From an uncultured Acidobacteriota bacterium (lineage in GTDB: Bacteria; Acidobacteriota; Blastocatellia; RBC074), in NCBI GenBank assembly GCA_963743045.1, contig CAVUOF010000002.1, positions 6,713-70,712 of the forward strand: DNA of 64,000 nt, read 5' to 3'. Positions 1 to 11,185 of this stretch are shown piece by piece (the stretch's first letter is position 1; each line of letters starts with the position of its first letter). The position numbers and the translations under genes are program-made. Below the pieces are notes generated by a model. The model saw only the letters and a list, made by a program, of their open reading frames with translations. It ran no database searches and was not told the DNA's origin.

Positions 1-388
<388 letters not shown>

Positions 389-1633
389 CTACTCCATGTT
401 CTCAATGATCGCGTCGGCAAACTCACTCGTCTTGAGCTTCGTCGCGCCCTTCATCTGGCGTTCGAGGTCATATGTCACGCGCTTCTGGTCAATTGTCTTG
501 ACGATTCCCTGGGTAATCAGCTCTCCGGCTTCGTCCCATCCCATGTGCTCGAGCATCATGACTCCCGACAGGACCACTGATGAAGGATTGACGGCATCGA
601 GACCGGCATACTTGGGAGCCGTGCCATGCGTCGCCTCAAAAACTGCTGCGTTGTCACCGATGTTGGCTCCCGGCGCCATGCCGAGTCCACCCACCTGCGC
701 CGCCGCGGCATCCGACAGGTAGTCTCCATTAAGGTTTGGCGTCGCGAGCACGGCATACTCACTCGGCCTCAGCAGCAGTTGTTGAAACATTGAGTCGGCG
801 ATGCGATCGTTAATCAGTAGCTTCCCCTCGGGCAGGCTTCCGCCGTGCTGCTCATTGACTTCGGCCTCCGTAACAATCTTGTCGCGAAACTCTGCCTTGG
901 CAAGTTCGTAGCCCCAGTCACGAAAGGCTCCCTCGGTGTACTTCATGATGTTGCCTTTGTGCACGAGGGTGACCACCTTCCGCCCATGGCTGAGCGCGTA
1001 GCTGATCGCGCGCCGGACAAGGTTCTTGGTCGCCGTCGCTGAAATTGGTTTGATGCCAATGCCCGAATCAGCTTTGATCTCGTACCCAAAACCGCTGAGG
1101 AAGTCGATGAGCTTGGCGGCGCGGTCCGAACCTTCCTGAAACTCGATGCCGGCGTAAACATCTTCAGTGTTCTCACGGAAGATGACAACGTCAAGAAGCT
1201 CAGGGCTCGAGACCGGCGACGGCACGCCCTTGAAATAGCGAACCGGCCGCACACAGGCATAGAGATTAAGGACCTGGCGCAATGTCACATTGAGCGAACG
1301 GATGCCTCCTCCTACGGGAGTCGTCAGCGGCCCTTTGATGGCAATCGCGAAATGCTGAATCGCGTCGAGAGTTCCTTTTGGCAGCCACTCACTAAAGCGC
1401 TTATTGGCCTTCTCGCCCGCAAATATTTCGTACCAGACGATCCGCTTTTCACCGCCGTAAGCCTTCGCCACCGCGGCATCGAAAATCCTCTGCGATGCGC
1501 GCCAGATGTCAGGACCCGTGCCGTCACCCTCGATGAAGGGGATGATGGGGTTCTTCGGCACTTCTACACGACCGTCACGGATGCTGATAGCCTGTCCGTC
1601 GGACGGCGTTTCCACTCCATTAAAGACCGGCAT
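389..1633 (-). CDS. icd: NADP-dependent isocitrate dehydrogenase
   Basis: [53 protein letters not shown] and [12 protein letters not shown] motifs. Confidence 0.98.
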   Translation of the reverse strand: MPVFNGVETPSDGQAISIRDGRVEVPKNPIIPFIEGDGTGPDIWRASQRIFDAAVAKAYGGEKRIVWYEIFAGEKANKRFSEWLPKGTLDAIQHFAIAIKGPLTTPVGGGIRSLNVTLRQVLNLYACVRPVRYFKGVPSPVSSPELLDVVIFRENTEDVYAGIEFQEGSDRAAKLIDFLSGFGYEIKADSGIGIKPISATATKNLVRRAISYALSHGRKVVTLVHKGNIMKYTEGAFRDWGYELAKAEFRDKIVTEAEVNEQHGGSLPEGKLLINDRIADSMFQQLLLRPSEYAVLATPNLNGDYLSDAAAAQVGGLGMAPGANIGDNAAVFEATHGTAPKYAGLDAVNPSSVVLSGVMMLEHMGWDEAGELITQGIVKTIDQKRVTYDLERQMKGATKLKTSEFADAIIENME

Positions 1634-2046
1634 TAAGGACGAGCCCTCCTAATCAAGGTCGGAGATTCTGATCAATGGCGCCAATGGCGGAAATGCGGCG
1701 AGAGTCTACCTTCGCGCCGCTGGAGTGTCAAGAAGCGCTACTTGCCAAGCTTAGCGGGCCGACCTGTGCCGAGCGTCCGATACGGTGTTACAATCTCGAC
1801 CGAACTCTTGAGACAATGTTGGGAATTGAGACAGTCAGCGGAAACCCTGAAATGGGTGAAGTTATAGCTGATCAATCGTTTGAAGATGGACGATGCTGAG
1901 GTACGCGCCTTGCTGTTACTCAGCTTCCAGTTTATCCACCGCCCACAAGGCCCTGATTGCGCTTTTGGAAATTGGGTGTCCATGCGGGCCTTTCAAGCCC
2001 GATCGCCTCAAACAAGTGCTCGAACACGCCTTAACTAGGAGGTGGT

Positions 2047-3553
2047 ATGTCCGCAGGGAACGATAAACCAGACAGCAGAACAGACTGTGAAGGGGAAGTA
2101 ATCCGCCCACGTGTACCGGTCACGAGGTTCCTATCCCTGGCAATCACGCTACTAGCCGGATTTGGTGCCGGTACGCTCTTCATCAATCACGATAGCGCCC
2201 TGGGCAAAGCTTCGCAGAAAGCTCCAAGCCGAACGCTGAAGAGCGTTAATGATGCAGTCGATGCCAACGCTGCAAACATGCTCAAAGAAGGTCGGCAAAC
2301 CTTCCGCTACGATACTTTTGGTGATGAGGCTTTCTGGGGCGACACGCTGAAACTCCATCAGGCAATCGCAGGAGTTAACTTTGGCGGAGTCGGTCAGGGC
2401 TTCAGTCCGACAACAGCGTTGAATCTCGGCCTGAAGTTTGATGTTGATAATATTCCAGCCGAGTATTCAGGACAGTATCAAGAATGGACACATCGATTTC
2501 AATGATCCCGCCAGCACGCTGGCATTGCTCAGAGCCAACGCCGTCATAGGTCTTAACGGAATTTTCGACGGCAACACATTGAAGTCGGTAGGGCTGACCT
2601 GCGCGCTCTGCCATTCGACGGTCGATGACTCACTCATGCCGGGTTTCGGCCATCGTCTCGATGGGTGGGCCAATCGCGATATCGATATAGGAGCTATCGT
2701 AATGGCTGCCCCCAACCTACAACCGATGGCAGATTCCCTGGGCATCAGCGTTCAGACCCTCGTGGGAACGCTCGTTACATGGGGTCCAGGCAAGTTCGAC
2801 GCTGAGATGTTCCTGGACGGCAAGAGATTCAATGCTGCGCAGGTCACTGATGGAGTGGTGACTGCGCGGAATATTAATGGCGCGACGTTGATTCCGAATG
2901 CTTATGGTCTGGCCGGCTACAATCAGCATGCCTGGACTGGAGCGTGGGGAACAGTAACCTACTGGAACGCGCTGGTCGCCAACCTTGAAATGCATGGCAC
3001 CGGCAGGTTCTTTGATCCTCGTTTGAATGACGCGGGTCAATTTCCACTCGCGGCGGCACATAACCTGGGAGATCTGCCCAAAATCAATCCTGATGATGAT
3101 CGGATTACAAAGAAGCTGCCTGCGCTTCATTTCTATCAACTCGCCCTACCAGCACCGAGCCCTGAGCCGGGCAAAGACTTCGACGCTGCTGCCGCCACAC
3201 GGGGAGATGCGCTTTTCAGCGGCAAGGCCCAATGCAACAACTGTCACGTCGAGCCGCTCTGGACTGAGCCTGGTTGGAATCTGCATACACCCGATGAAAT
3301 TGGTATCGACAGCTTTGAGGCAGACCGAGCGCCCGACCACATGTACAAGACCATGAATCTGGCCGGAATCTTCGTTCGCGAAAACGGAAAATTCATGAAG
3401 ACCGGGAATAAGGGCCGCTACTTTCATGACGGTCGCTTTGCGACGCTGCTTGATGTTGTAAATCACTACAACACTCATTTCAGTCTTGGTCTGACTGGCC
3501 AGGAGAAGACGGACGTGGTTGAGTATTTGAAGTCGCTCCCATCTGAGAAGTGA
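2047..3553 (+). CDS. Exported di-heme c-type cytochrome (cytochrome c peroxidase-like), frameshift near 2455
   Basis: N-terminal hydrophobic segment, EGRQTFRYDTFGDE, two CxxCH motifs (CALCH, CNNCH), C-terminal YFHDGRFATLLDVVNHY...LKSL. ORFs 2047..2505 and 2438..3553 join. Confidence 0.8.
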
Positions 3554-3758
3554 GATCACGGGACCCTAAAACCGTGGTCACTGCGGGGTGGATTAACAAA
3601 CCACCTGGCTCAGATAACAAGTAACCAATTCCTGCTTCAGAGTGTCTCGAAATTGTCGACATGCGCCGGGAGACGCGAAAGATGGCCATCTCATTGATTC
3701 TACGGGCCTGTTCGCGCAGAATGTGCCTGACATCCGACGACAAAACAGGAGAACACCA

Positions 3759-4697
3759 ATGCTTAGAATCGCGACGCTGGTTCTCATTCTCGTGATTTCC
3801 GGCCCCGCTCTGTTTTCATCCCGTGCCGCTCAGACGCCGCTTGCCGGACGCTGGGATTTGACCGTCCAGGGAACAGATTCGGTCTATCCATCATGGTTGG
3901 AGGTTACCGCCGGCGCAGGCGGTCAATTGACCGGACGTTTTGTCGGCCATTTCGGAAGCGTGCGACCCATAATCAAGCTGGAGTTCAGCTCGGGGAATCT
4001 GATGTTCAGCCTGCCGCCGCAATTCGAACACCAGAAGAATGATCTTGTCTTCAAAGGCAAGCTTGCCGGCGGAAAGTTGACCGGCACCTCAGAGAGCGAG
4101 GATGGCAAGCCGATTACCTGGACGGGCGTGCGTGCACCCGAGTTGAAGACCCCGTCAAACCCGCAATGGGGACAGCCCATAACGCTCTTCAATGGCCACG
4201 ATCTCACAGGATGGAAGTTGAGGAGTGAGAAGAGTCCCGGATGCTTTAGCATTGATCAGGGAAGCATGACCAATGCGGTTCCCTGCGTCGACATCATCAG
4301 CGATCAAAAGTTCAAGGACTTCAAGCTGCATCTCGAATTCAGAATCCTTGCCGAGAGTAACAGTGGAGTCTATCTGCGCGGGCGCTATGAAGTGCAGATT
4401 CAGGACGACTTCGGCAAGCAGACCGAGAGCCACAATATGGGAGGGGTTTACGGATTCCTGACGCCGACGTCAAATCAGTCGAAGAAGGCCGGCGAGTGGC
4501 AGAGCTACGACATCACTCTCTTAGGCCGCCAGGTGACTGTTGTACAGGATGGCAAGACAATCATCGATCGCCAGGAGATTCCAGGGATCACCGGCGGTGC
4601 TCTCGATAGCGCTGAGGGCACGCCAGGACCGCTCATGCTGCAGGGTGATCACGGTAAGGTCTGGTTCCGAAACGTAGTCATCACGCCGACACGGTAG
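3759..4697 (+). CDS. Secreted DUF1080 (3-keto-disaccharide hydrolase-like) protein
   Basis: AGGAG RBS before ATG 3759, signal peptide, LFNGHDLTGW, NSGVYLRGRYEVQI, GEWQSYDI, LQGDHGKVWFRNV. Confidence 0.9.
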   Translation: MLRIATLVLILVISGPALFSSRAAQTPLAGRWDLTVQGTDSVYPSWLEVTAGAGGQLTGRFVGHFGSVRPIIKLEFSSGNLMFSLPPQFEHQKNDLVFKGKLAGGKLTGTSESEDGKPITWTGVRAPELKTPSNPQWGQPITLFNGHDLTGWKLRSEKSPGCFSIDQGSMTNAVPCVDIISDQKFKDFKLHLEFRILAESNSGVYLRGRYEVQIQDDFGKQTESHNMGGVYGFLTPTSNQSKKAGEWQSYDITLLGRQVTVVQDGKTIIDRQEIPGITGGALDSAEGTPGPLMLQGDHGKVWFRNVVITPTR

Positions 4698-4698
4698 G

Positions 4699-5155
4699 AG
4701 CCACGAAAAGGCACAGAAGACACAAAAAGGACTAGTAGACTACAGATTACCGGCGCCAGACGGCACGGGACGGGCAGGGCTTGGAGACCGTCCCACAATT
4801 GCCGGTGGTCCATTCTGTGCATCCCGAAGGGATGCGAGAAGGTAGCCCGGGGCAAGCGAAGCGCGTCCGGGTAGCGGCGCGAAGAAAAACCGCGTCCTGG
4901 AGGACCGGACCAACAATATGGTCAATCGGGAGAGGTCTCGCGCCCTTTCAGGGCGCGTGGGTCCTTCATGTGCATTCCTGTGGCTGAGCTCCTTCCCGGA
5001 CTACCTGCATCCCTTCGGGATGCCGTAATGATCATTGCGACAGCCTCTAGGTCCCTGCCCGCCCCAAGTCTTTGCTCCGTCTGCCGCCGGTACTGGTTAC
5101 GATATCGGTGATACCGCTACTAGAGATTTGTGTCTTTTGTGCTTCTTTGTGGCTA
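4699..5155. repeat. Nested inverted-repeat array of REP-like families A, C and E with a MITE-like layer
   Basis: Concentric IR pairs: GCCACGAAAAGGCACAGAAGACACAAA / TTTGTGTCTTTTGTGCTTCTTTGTGGC; CTAGTAG / CTACTAG; TACCGGCGCCAGACG / CGTCTGCCGCCGGTA; GGGCAGGG / CCCTGCCC; GCATCCCGAAGGGATGC / GCATCCCTTCGGGATGC. Confidence 0.85.
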
Positions 5156-6445
5156 CTTCTTCGACCAGACAAGCCGGCCACCCACGATCGTAGCTACGCT
5201 CGAGCCTTTGAGCTCCCATCCTTCAAATGGAGTATTCCTGCTCTTGGATTGAAAGGTCGATGAGTCGATTTTGACCATTACGCTCGGGATCGAAGATTGT
5301 CACGTCCGCTGGAGAGCCGGGCTTCAGACTTCCCCGATTGAGGTTGAATATCCTTGACGGCCCGGTGGTGAAGAGCTCCACCATTCTGGCGAGTGATATC
5401 ACGCCTCGATGAACGAGCCGGTCGAGCGCCAGAGGGACGGCCGTCTCGAGCCCCACCACGCCAAACGGAGCGTGATCGAACTCGAGCATCTTCTCGTTTG
5501 CGTGATGCGGAGCATGATCAGTGGCTATCGCGTCGATCGTCCCGTCGCGAAGCCCCTCGATGACGCTCTCGAGGTCCTGTTGCGGACGGAGCGGCGGGGC
5601 CATCTTTGTGTTCGTGCTGTAGCCGCTGTGGTGGACCTCGGCATCGGTCAGAGTGAAATGGTGAGGTGTGACTTCGCAGGTAACGGTGACTCCACGTGAC
5701 CTCGCCTCACGTACGAGGGCGACGGACTTTGCTGTCGAGATGTGCGCAATATGGAGGCGCGCGCCGGTCAATTCTGCGAGCCGGATATCCCGGGCCACAT
5801 GAAGGTCCTCGGCAGCGCCACTCATTCCCCGCAGACCGAGCAGAGCCGAGTATTCACCCTCGTGCATCGCCCAACCGGATGCGAGATGGCCATCCTCGCA
5901 GTGATCAACCACGGCCAACCCAAAATCCTGGGCATACTCCATCGCGCGTCGCATGAGGTTGGCGTCGTTGACGGCCTTGCCGTCATCGCTGATGGCGACG
6001 ATGCCGGCGCCCCTCATCTCTCCAATCTCTGCCAGCTGCGCGCCTTTTGATCCCTGAGTAATCGCACCGATGGGATAGACATTGGCCAGCCCCGCGGCTC
6101 GGGCCCTCTCACGAATGAAGCCGGTGACCGAGGCGTTGTCATTGACCGGATTGGTATTCGGCATGCAGCAGATTGAAGTGAAGCCCCCTGCCACTGCGGC
6201 TCGCGCGCCTGACTCGATCGTCTCCTTGTATTCGAAGCCGGGCTCTCGCAGATGGACGTGGAGATCGATGAATCCAGGGGCCACCATCATGCCCCTGGGC
6301 TTCGAAGACCTCGTCGAAGTCTCTCGTCTTTATCGGATTCGGTGATCAATTCGATCAACCCGTCGCGGATGACGACGTGGCGTCGCGACTCCAGCCCCTG
6401 CGCCGGATCGATGACAGTGCCGTTTCGAATCAGAAGTGAGCCCAC
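5153..6445 (-). CDS. pyrC: Dihydroorotase, frameshifts near 6320 and 5270
   Basis: [58 protein letters not shown]. Located in the pyr operon. Confidence 0.95.
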
Positions 6446-6476
6446 AAGCCCTTTCGTGTTTTTGCGTTTTTTGTGC

Positions 6477-7262
6477 CTACTCGCCCGCAATTCCTGATGC
6501 CCAGGCGAAGACGTTCTGCAGGATTACCGATCCGGATTCCGTTGTGAAACTGCGAACAGCACGCTCGATTGCGCTCCGAACCACCTCATTGCCGACTGCC
6601 CGAATCGCTCCCTGCACAGGCCCGGCCGACGAAAAGGCCCGCCAGCAGACCTCAAAATTCTGATACATAAAATCGCATTTCGTCTCGCCATGCTCATGCG
6701 GTTTAAGTCCCGCTTGAGAGAGCAGATTGTTGAGCGCGTCCGGGGTGGAAAGCGCGAACGGGCCTCCGCCAGGCGGCTTGTCCGGTAAAGTCTTGCCAAC
6801 AGCCTTGAGCACATCCGCAACGTCACACTTCTCCGGTGGTCCCCAGCTGGTGATCACCACCTTGCCTCCGGGTGCCGTGACGCGAGCCAGTTCTTCTACC
6901 GCCGCTCCCATGTCGGACGCGTACATCACGGAGTTGACCGCAATCACTGCATCGAACGCGCCGTCAGCAAATGGAAGCGCCTCGATGTCGGCCTCTTCGA
7001 AGCGCGCGGCGGGGAGGCGCTGCCTTGCGATAGTGAGCAGCGCTGGCGATGCGTCTGCACCTGTGACGTTGCAACCCAGCTGCGCTGCAAGCACGCTCGC
7101 GCCTCCGGCACCGCATCCGGCGTCGAGGATTCTGATTCCGTGACCGGCGCCGGCCGCACGCAGAACATCGGTCCACAGCGGCATGGACGTCGCTTCCTGG
7201 AAGGCAGCCCAGTCCTGAGCCGCTGCACCCCACAACATTCCCTGAACTTGTGCAGAACCCAT
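6477..7262 (-). CDS. Class I SAM-dependent methyltransferase
   Basis: ILDAGCGAG motif I, DIEALPFADGAFDAV, AAGGAGG RBS. Confidence 0.9.
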   Translation of the reverse strand: MGSAQVQGMLWGAAAQDWAAFQEATSMPLWTDVLRAAGAGHGIRILDAGCGAGGASVLAAQLGCNVTGADASPALLTIARQRLPAARFEEADIEALPFADGAFDAVIAVNSVMYASDMGAAVEELARVTAPGGKVVITSWGPPEKCDVADVLKAVGKTLPDKPPGGGPFALSTPDALNNLLSQAGLKPHEHGETKCDFMYQNFEVCWRAFSSAGPVQGAIRAVGNEVVRSAIERAVRSFTTESGSVILQNVFAWASGIAGE

Positions 7263-7283
7263 ATCGCCTCCTTCCTCAATGCG

Positions 7284-8225
7284 CTATTCGATACCTCCGG
7301 CGAGCAAATATAACACTGCCATTCGCACGGCAACTCCGTTATTGACCTGGTCGAGTATCAGAGAGAAGGGTCCATCGGCAACATCCGAATCGATCTCGAT
7401 GCCACGATTGATCGGACCCGGATGCAGCACCACCACATCCTTCCGGGCCATGGCGAGTCTCTTCCGGTTCAGCCCATAGTGAATCGAATACTCGCGTAAA
7501 GAAGGAAAGAACCCACCCTCCTGCCGTTCGAGCTGGATGCGAAGCATGATCACCACGTCAGCATCGGCAAGAGCCTCGCCGACGTTGTCAGCAAGGGTGA
7601 CCGAGCCTTCGCCGCCCTTAACCTGGCGCTCAAATCCGTACGGCAGAAGAGTCCTCGGGCCGGCCAGCACAACATGTGAGCCGAGACGCGCGAAGAGATG
7701 CGCGTCAGACCTCGCGACCCGGCTATGCAGAACGTCGCCGATGATCGCCACCTTGAGACCGGCCAGGCCGCCCTTCTGCAGGCGAACTGTCAGGGCGTCG
7801 AGCAGAGCCTGAGTGGGATGTTCGTGAGCGCCATCTCCGGCGTTGATCACTCCGGCACTGACTACCTTAGCGATCTGGTGCGGCGCGCCGGATGACGAGT
7901 GTCGAATGACAATCGCGTCGGGCGCCATAGCCTGAAGATTGCGCGCCGTATCGATGAGAGTCTCGCCTTTGACTACGCTGGAGGTCGAGGCCGAGATGTT
8001 GATCGAGTCGGCAGAGAGCCGTTTGGCGGCTATCTCGAAGCTTGTTCGGGTTCGTGTCGAAGCCTCGAAGAAGAGATTGATGACCGTCTTCCCACGCAGG
8101 GTTGGAACCTTCTTGATCTGACGGCGGCTGACGTCGCGGAAAGTCTCGGCTGTGTCGAGGATCAGATTGATCTCCTCGACGGTTAGGTCGGCGATCCCGA
8201 GGAGGTCTTTTCGCTGGAGCGGCAC
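7284..8225 (-). CDS. pyrB: Aspartate carbamoyltransferase catalytic subunit
   Basis: [41 protein letters not shown] start at 8225 preferred because the upstream extension is repeat-derived. Confidence 0.97.
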   Translation of the reverse strand: MPLQRKDLLGIADLTVEEINLILDTAETFRDVSRRQIKKVPTLRGKTVINLFFEASTRTRTSFEIAAKRLSADSINISASTSSVVKGETLIDTARNLQAMAPDAIVIRHSSSGAPHQIAKVVSAGVINAGDGAHEHPTQALLDALTVRLQKGGLAGLKVAIIGDVLHSRVARSDAHLFARLGSHVVLAGPRTLLPYGFERQVKGGEGSVTLADNVGEALADADVVIMLRIQLERQEGGFFPSLREYSIHYGLNRKRLAMARKDVVVLHPGPINRGIEIDSDVADGPFSLILDQVNNGVAVRMAVLYLLAGGIE

Positions 8226-8280
8226 TTTCAAGCAACCCAGGCTCGCGAGCGGCGCTACCCGGTCAGGGTTGAGATTACTC

Positions 8281-8390
8281 TTCTTTGCGTCTTTCTTTGC
8301 GTCTTGGCGTCTTTGCGCGAAGAGTATTTCGCACAAGGCCTCGCCGCGAGATACTTCTCGCGCAAAGACGCCAAAAGACGCAAAGAAGAA
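8281..8390. repeat. REP-like palindrome, family D (CGCAAAGACGC units)
   Basis: TTCTTTGCGTCTT...CTTGGCGTCTTTGCGCGA is inverted against TCGCGCAAAGACGCCAAAAGACGCAAAGAA. Confidence 0.85.
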
Positions 8391-8402
8391 ATCGTCAGGT
8401 TC

Positions 8403-8948
8403 TCAGTCTCGTTCGACGACGATCACCTGCTCTTCTTCATCGAACTCCGGAAGCATCACCTTGACAATCTCTTCTTCCGTCGTCGTTACGGTCTTTCCAA
8501 TGTAGTCGGCCTGGATGGGCAGCTCGCGATGACCGCGATCCACAAGCACTGCGAGCTGAACACGCCGGGGCCGCCCAAAATCGATCAACTCGTCGAGCGC
8601 GGCTCGCACCGTGCGTCCGGTGTAGAGCACATCGTCTACGAGAATGATCGTTCTGCCGGTGACATCGGCCGGCAGTTCAGTCTTGTTGACGATCGGGCGA
8701 TCTCCGACAGTGCTCAAGTCGTCGCGGTAGAGGGTGATGTCGAGCGCTCCCGTGGCTACAGTTACGCCATTGAGCTCGGCAATCTTGGCAGCCAGCCGCT
8801 CAGCGAGCGGGACGCCGCGGCGCCGAATTCCAACCAGCAGTACGTTGTCGAGGTCGGGATTACTCTCTACGACCTGCGATGCCAGGCGCGCCATGACGCG
8901 GCCAATGTCGGCCGACGACATGACCATGGCTTTCTCATTGAAGTGCAT
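8403..8948 (-). CDS. pyrR: PyrR pyrimidine regulator / uracil phosphoribosyltransferase
   Basis: [41 protein letters not shown]. Confidence 0.97.
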   Translation of the reverse strand: MHFNEKAMVMSSADIGRVMARLASQVVESNPDLDNVLLVGIRRRGVPLAERLAAKIAELNGVTVATGALDITLYRDDLSTVGDRPIVNKTELPADVTGRTIILVDDVLYTGRTVRAALDELIDFGRPRRVQLAVLVDRGHRELPIQADYIGKTVTTTEEEIVKVMLPEFDEEEQVIVVERD

Positions 8949-8949
8949 C

Positions 8950-8978
8950 TCCGGGGCCTTTCCTGGAATTTGAGCCGG
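8950..8978 (-). promoter_or_regulatory. Candidate PyrR-binding stem-loop overlapping the pyrR RBS
   Basis: Minus strand CCGGCUCAAAUUCCAGGAAAGGCCCCGGAG-AUG is an imperfect match to the ARUCCNGNGAGGYU PyrR loop, closed by CCGG/CCGG. Confidence 0.35.
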
Positions 8979-9094
8979 GCGGGACTATGGCATGGAGCGT
9001 CCGGAGCCACAAAAAAACACAAGGTGCGGAAGCATAACTGGCCCGGTTCTCTTTTTGCGGCGCCATCTGCTAGACTCGGCAACGGAGATTCCAT

Positions 9095-9916
9095 TTGATC
9101 GAGACGATTGCTATCGTCGAGCGGAATGACCAGCTCATATCGGCCTCTGCGCGCAGCTATGGCCGGCTTCGACTGATTCTCGACAAGCCCATTCCCGCAC
9201 TCCCAGGCCAATTCGCAATGCTCAAGCCGAGCTCAAGCTTCGAGCCGCTGCTCAGGCGGGCAATGGCTTACTACCAGGTCGAGCCCTCATCGAATGGAAC
9301 AAAGGTTGAGTTCATCTACCAGATACTCGGCAGGGGGACCCGCGCGCTCTCGACGCTCCTGCCTGGCGGACACGTCAGTTTCCTCGGATCTCTGGGCAAT
9401 ACCTTTGACATAGATGCCGCGAAGGGACGCGAGGCACTCCTCGTTGCCGGCGGCGTCGGTTCAGCCGCTCTCTACATGCTCGCCGAAGAGCTGCGGCAGC
9501 GTTTCGTTCCGACTCGTCTTCTGATCGGAGGCGCCAGTGTCGACGATCTTTGCGGTCTCAAGGATTTTCGAAGACTGCTTGGCCAGAAGAATATCGGTTG
9601 CGCAACGATCGATGGGAGCTATGGAAGCAAGGGCTTCGTCACTGCGCTGGCTGAAGAATATCTCGCTGACAAGAGGAACAGTTCATCGATCATCTTTGCC
9701 TGTGGGCCGGACGCGATGCTTCATAGAGTCTCGGAGATTGCAGAAAAGTCGGGCGTCCGGGCCCAGCTCTCGCTCGAATCGCCGATGGCCTGTGGTTTCG
9801 GCATCTGCGTTGGCTGCGCCGTCGCCGTAAGGGACGAGACGCCGGAAGGCTTCTCCTACAAGAAGGTCTGTACGGATGGTCCGGTCTTCTGGAGTCACGA
9901 CCTTCACTGGGCTTGA
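9095..9916 (+). CDS. pyrK: Dihydroorotate dehydrogenase electron-transfer subunit
   Basis: [31 protein letters not shown]...VCTDGPVF 2Fe-2S motif. Confidence 0.95.
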   Translation: MIETIAIVERNDQLISASARSYGRLRLILDKPIPALPGQFAMLKPSSSFEPLLRRAMAYYQVEPSSNGTKVEFIYQILGRGTRALSTLLPGGHVSFLGSLGNTFDIDAAKGREALLVAGGVGSAALYMLAEELRQRFVPTRLLIGGASVDDLCGLKDFRRLLGQKNIGCATIDGSYGSKGFVTALAEEYLADKRNSSSIIFACGPDAMLHRVSEIAEKSGVRAQLSLESPMACGFGICVGCAVAVRDETPEGFSYKKVCTDGPVFWSHDLHWA

Positions 9917-9917
9917 A

Positions 9918-10835
9918 GTGCAAGAGAATCCTCTTCAGATCGATATCGCCGGTGTCTGCTTCAACAATCCCGTGTTGACCGCCAGCGGAACCTGCGGCTA
10001 CGGCCTCGATATGGCGGAGCTCATCGATCTCAACCGGCTTGGCGGTATTTGCACCAAGGGACTTTCGGCACGTCCTATGCGCGGTAACGTGCCCGTGCGC
10101 ATAGTCGAGACTCATGGGGGCATGCTCAATGCCATCGGTCTGCAAAATATCGGCGCCCGCGCGTTCATTGACGAGAAACTGCCCGCGCTTCGGAGCTACG
10201 ATACGAGGATCATTCCGAATGTCTTTGGCTACACCGTAGACGAATATGTAGATGCAATAGGTATCCTCGAGGAAGCCGACGGGATCGACGCTTATGAGCT
10301 CAACATCTCCTGCCCGAATGTGAAGGCGGGAGGAGAATCGTTTGCCAACGACCCTCAGCTTGCAGCCGAGGTGACCACCGCGGTGAAGCGTGCCTCGCGG
10401 CGCCCGGTATTCGTCAAGCTCTCACCAAACGTCACTGACATTGCGCTCGTGGCTCGTGCTGTGGAAGATGCCGGAGCGGATGCGCTGACGCTGATCAACA
10501 CCGCTGTAGGAATGGCGATCGACATTCACACGCGGCGGCCGCGACTGGCCAACGCAACGGGAGGCCTTTCGGGACCGGCGATCAAGCCGATTGCCGTGAG
10601 ATGTGTCTTTCAGGCTTCTCGCGCGGTGAAGATTCCGGTGATCGGCATAGGAGGCGTCGCGGCAGTCGAGGACGCACTCGAGTTCATCATTGCAGGAGCG
10701 TCAGCGGTGCAGGTGGGAACGGCCAATTTCTATGATCCGAAGGCATCAATGAAGATTGTCGACGGTCTTGGGGAGTATTGCCGGCTCCACGGATTGGAGA
10801 GCATCAGCGCTCTGGTGGGCACAGTGGAAGCTTGA
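9918..10835 (+). CDS. pyrD: Dihydroorotate dehydrogenase family 1B catalytic subunit
   Basis: [50 protein letters not shown]. Confidence 0.96.
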   Translation: MQENPLQIDIAGVCFNNPVLTASGTCGYGLDMAELIDLNRLGGICTKGLSARPMRGNVPVRIVETHGGMLNAIGLQNIGARAFIDEKLPALRSYDTRIIPNVFGYTVDEYVDAIGILEEADGIDAYELNISCPNVKAGGESFANDPQLAAEVTTAVKRASRRPVFVKLSPNVTDIALVARAVEDAGADALTLINTAVGMAIDIHTRRPRLANATGGLSGPAIKPIAVRCVFQASRAVKIPVIGIGGVAAVEDALEFIIAGASAVQVGTANFYDPKASMKIVDGLGEYCRLHGLESISALVGTVEA

Positions 10836-10923
10836 CCAGGAACGTGTAGGGGCAGGGCTGTCTCCTCCGCGCCGTAGGAGCGGGTATCTCCAGATCAGTA
10901 GAGCGAGCAAAGGCCGCGTCATT

Positions 10924-11173
10924 CCTGCGCAGGGACTGCGCGAGGATATTAGCCAGGTGGTGAAACCACCGGCTATGGAAATGGACGAAGGCGGACCGCG
11001 CCCTGGAAGGGCGCTAGACCAGAACACGCAGTACGTGGTTGAATCAGAGTGGTCTCGTGAAACATTCATGGCGTGGTCTCCGTCATGCGCCCCTTACGGG
11101 GCGCGATCGCTTGCCGGGCAACGCTCCGGCAGTCACCGCACGGCTAATGTCCGGCGCACGTCCAGTGCGCAGG
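10924..11173. repeat. Long REP-like inverted element, family E
   Basis: CCTGCGCA...TTAGCC is inverted against GGCTAA...TGCGCAGG. Internal hairpins CGCCCTGGAAGGGCG and CGCCCCTTACGGGGCG resemble those at 4940 and 50780. Confidence 0.65.
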
Positions 11174-11185
11174 AGAGTATCGCTG

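Noticed and set aside
1816-2040. Possible degenerate receiver-domain gene (…PFKPDRLKQVLEHAL…)
   Set aside because: Fragments lie in different frames and lack the acidic pocket motifs, so support is too weak
8226-8336. N-terminal extensions of pyrB, dedA (to 35075), GMC (from 46696) and the permease (to 61697), and C-terminal tails of DegT and the nitroreductase
   Set aside because: These extensions translate REP palindromes and are not protein-like
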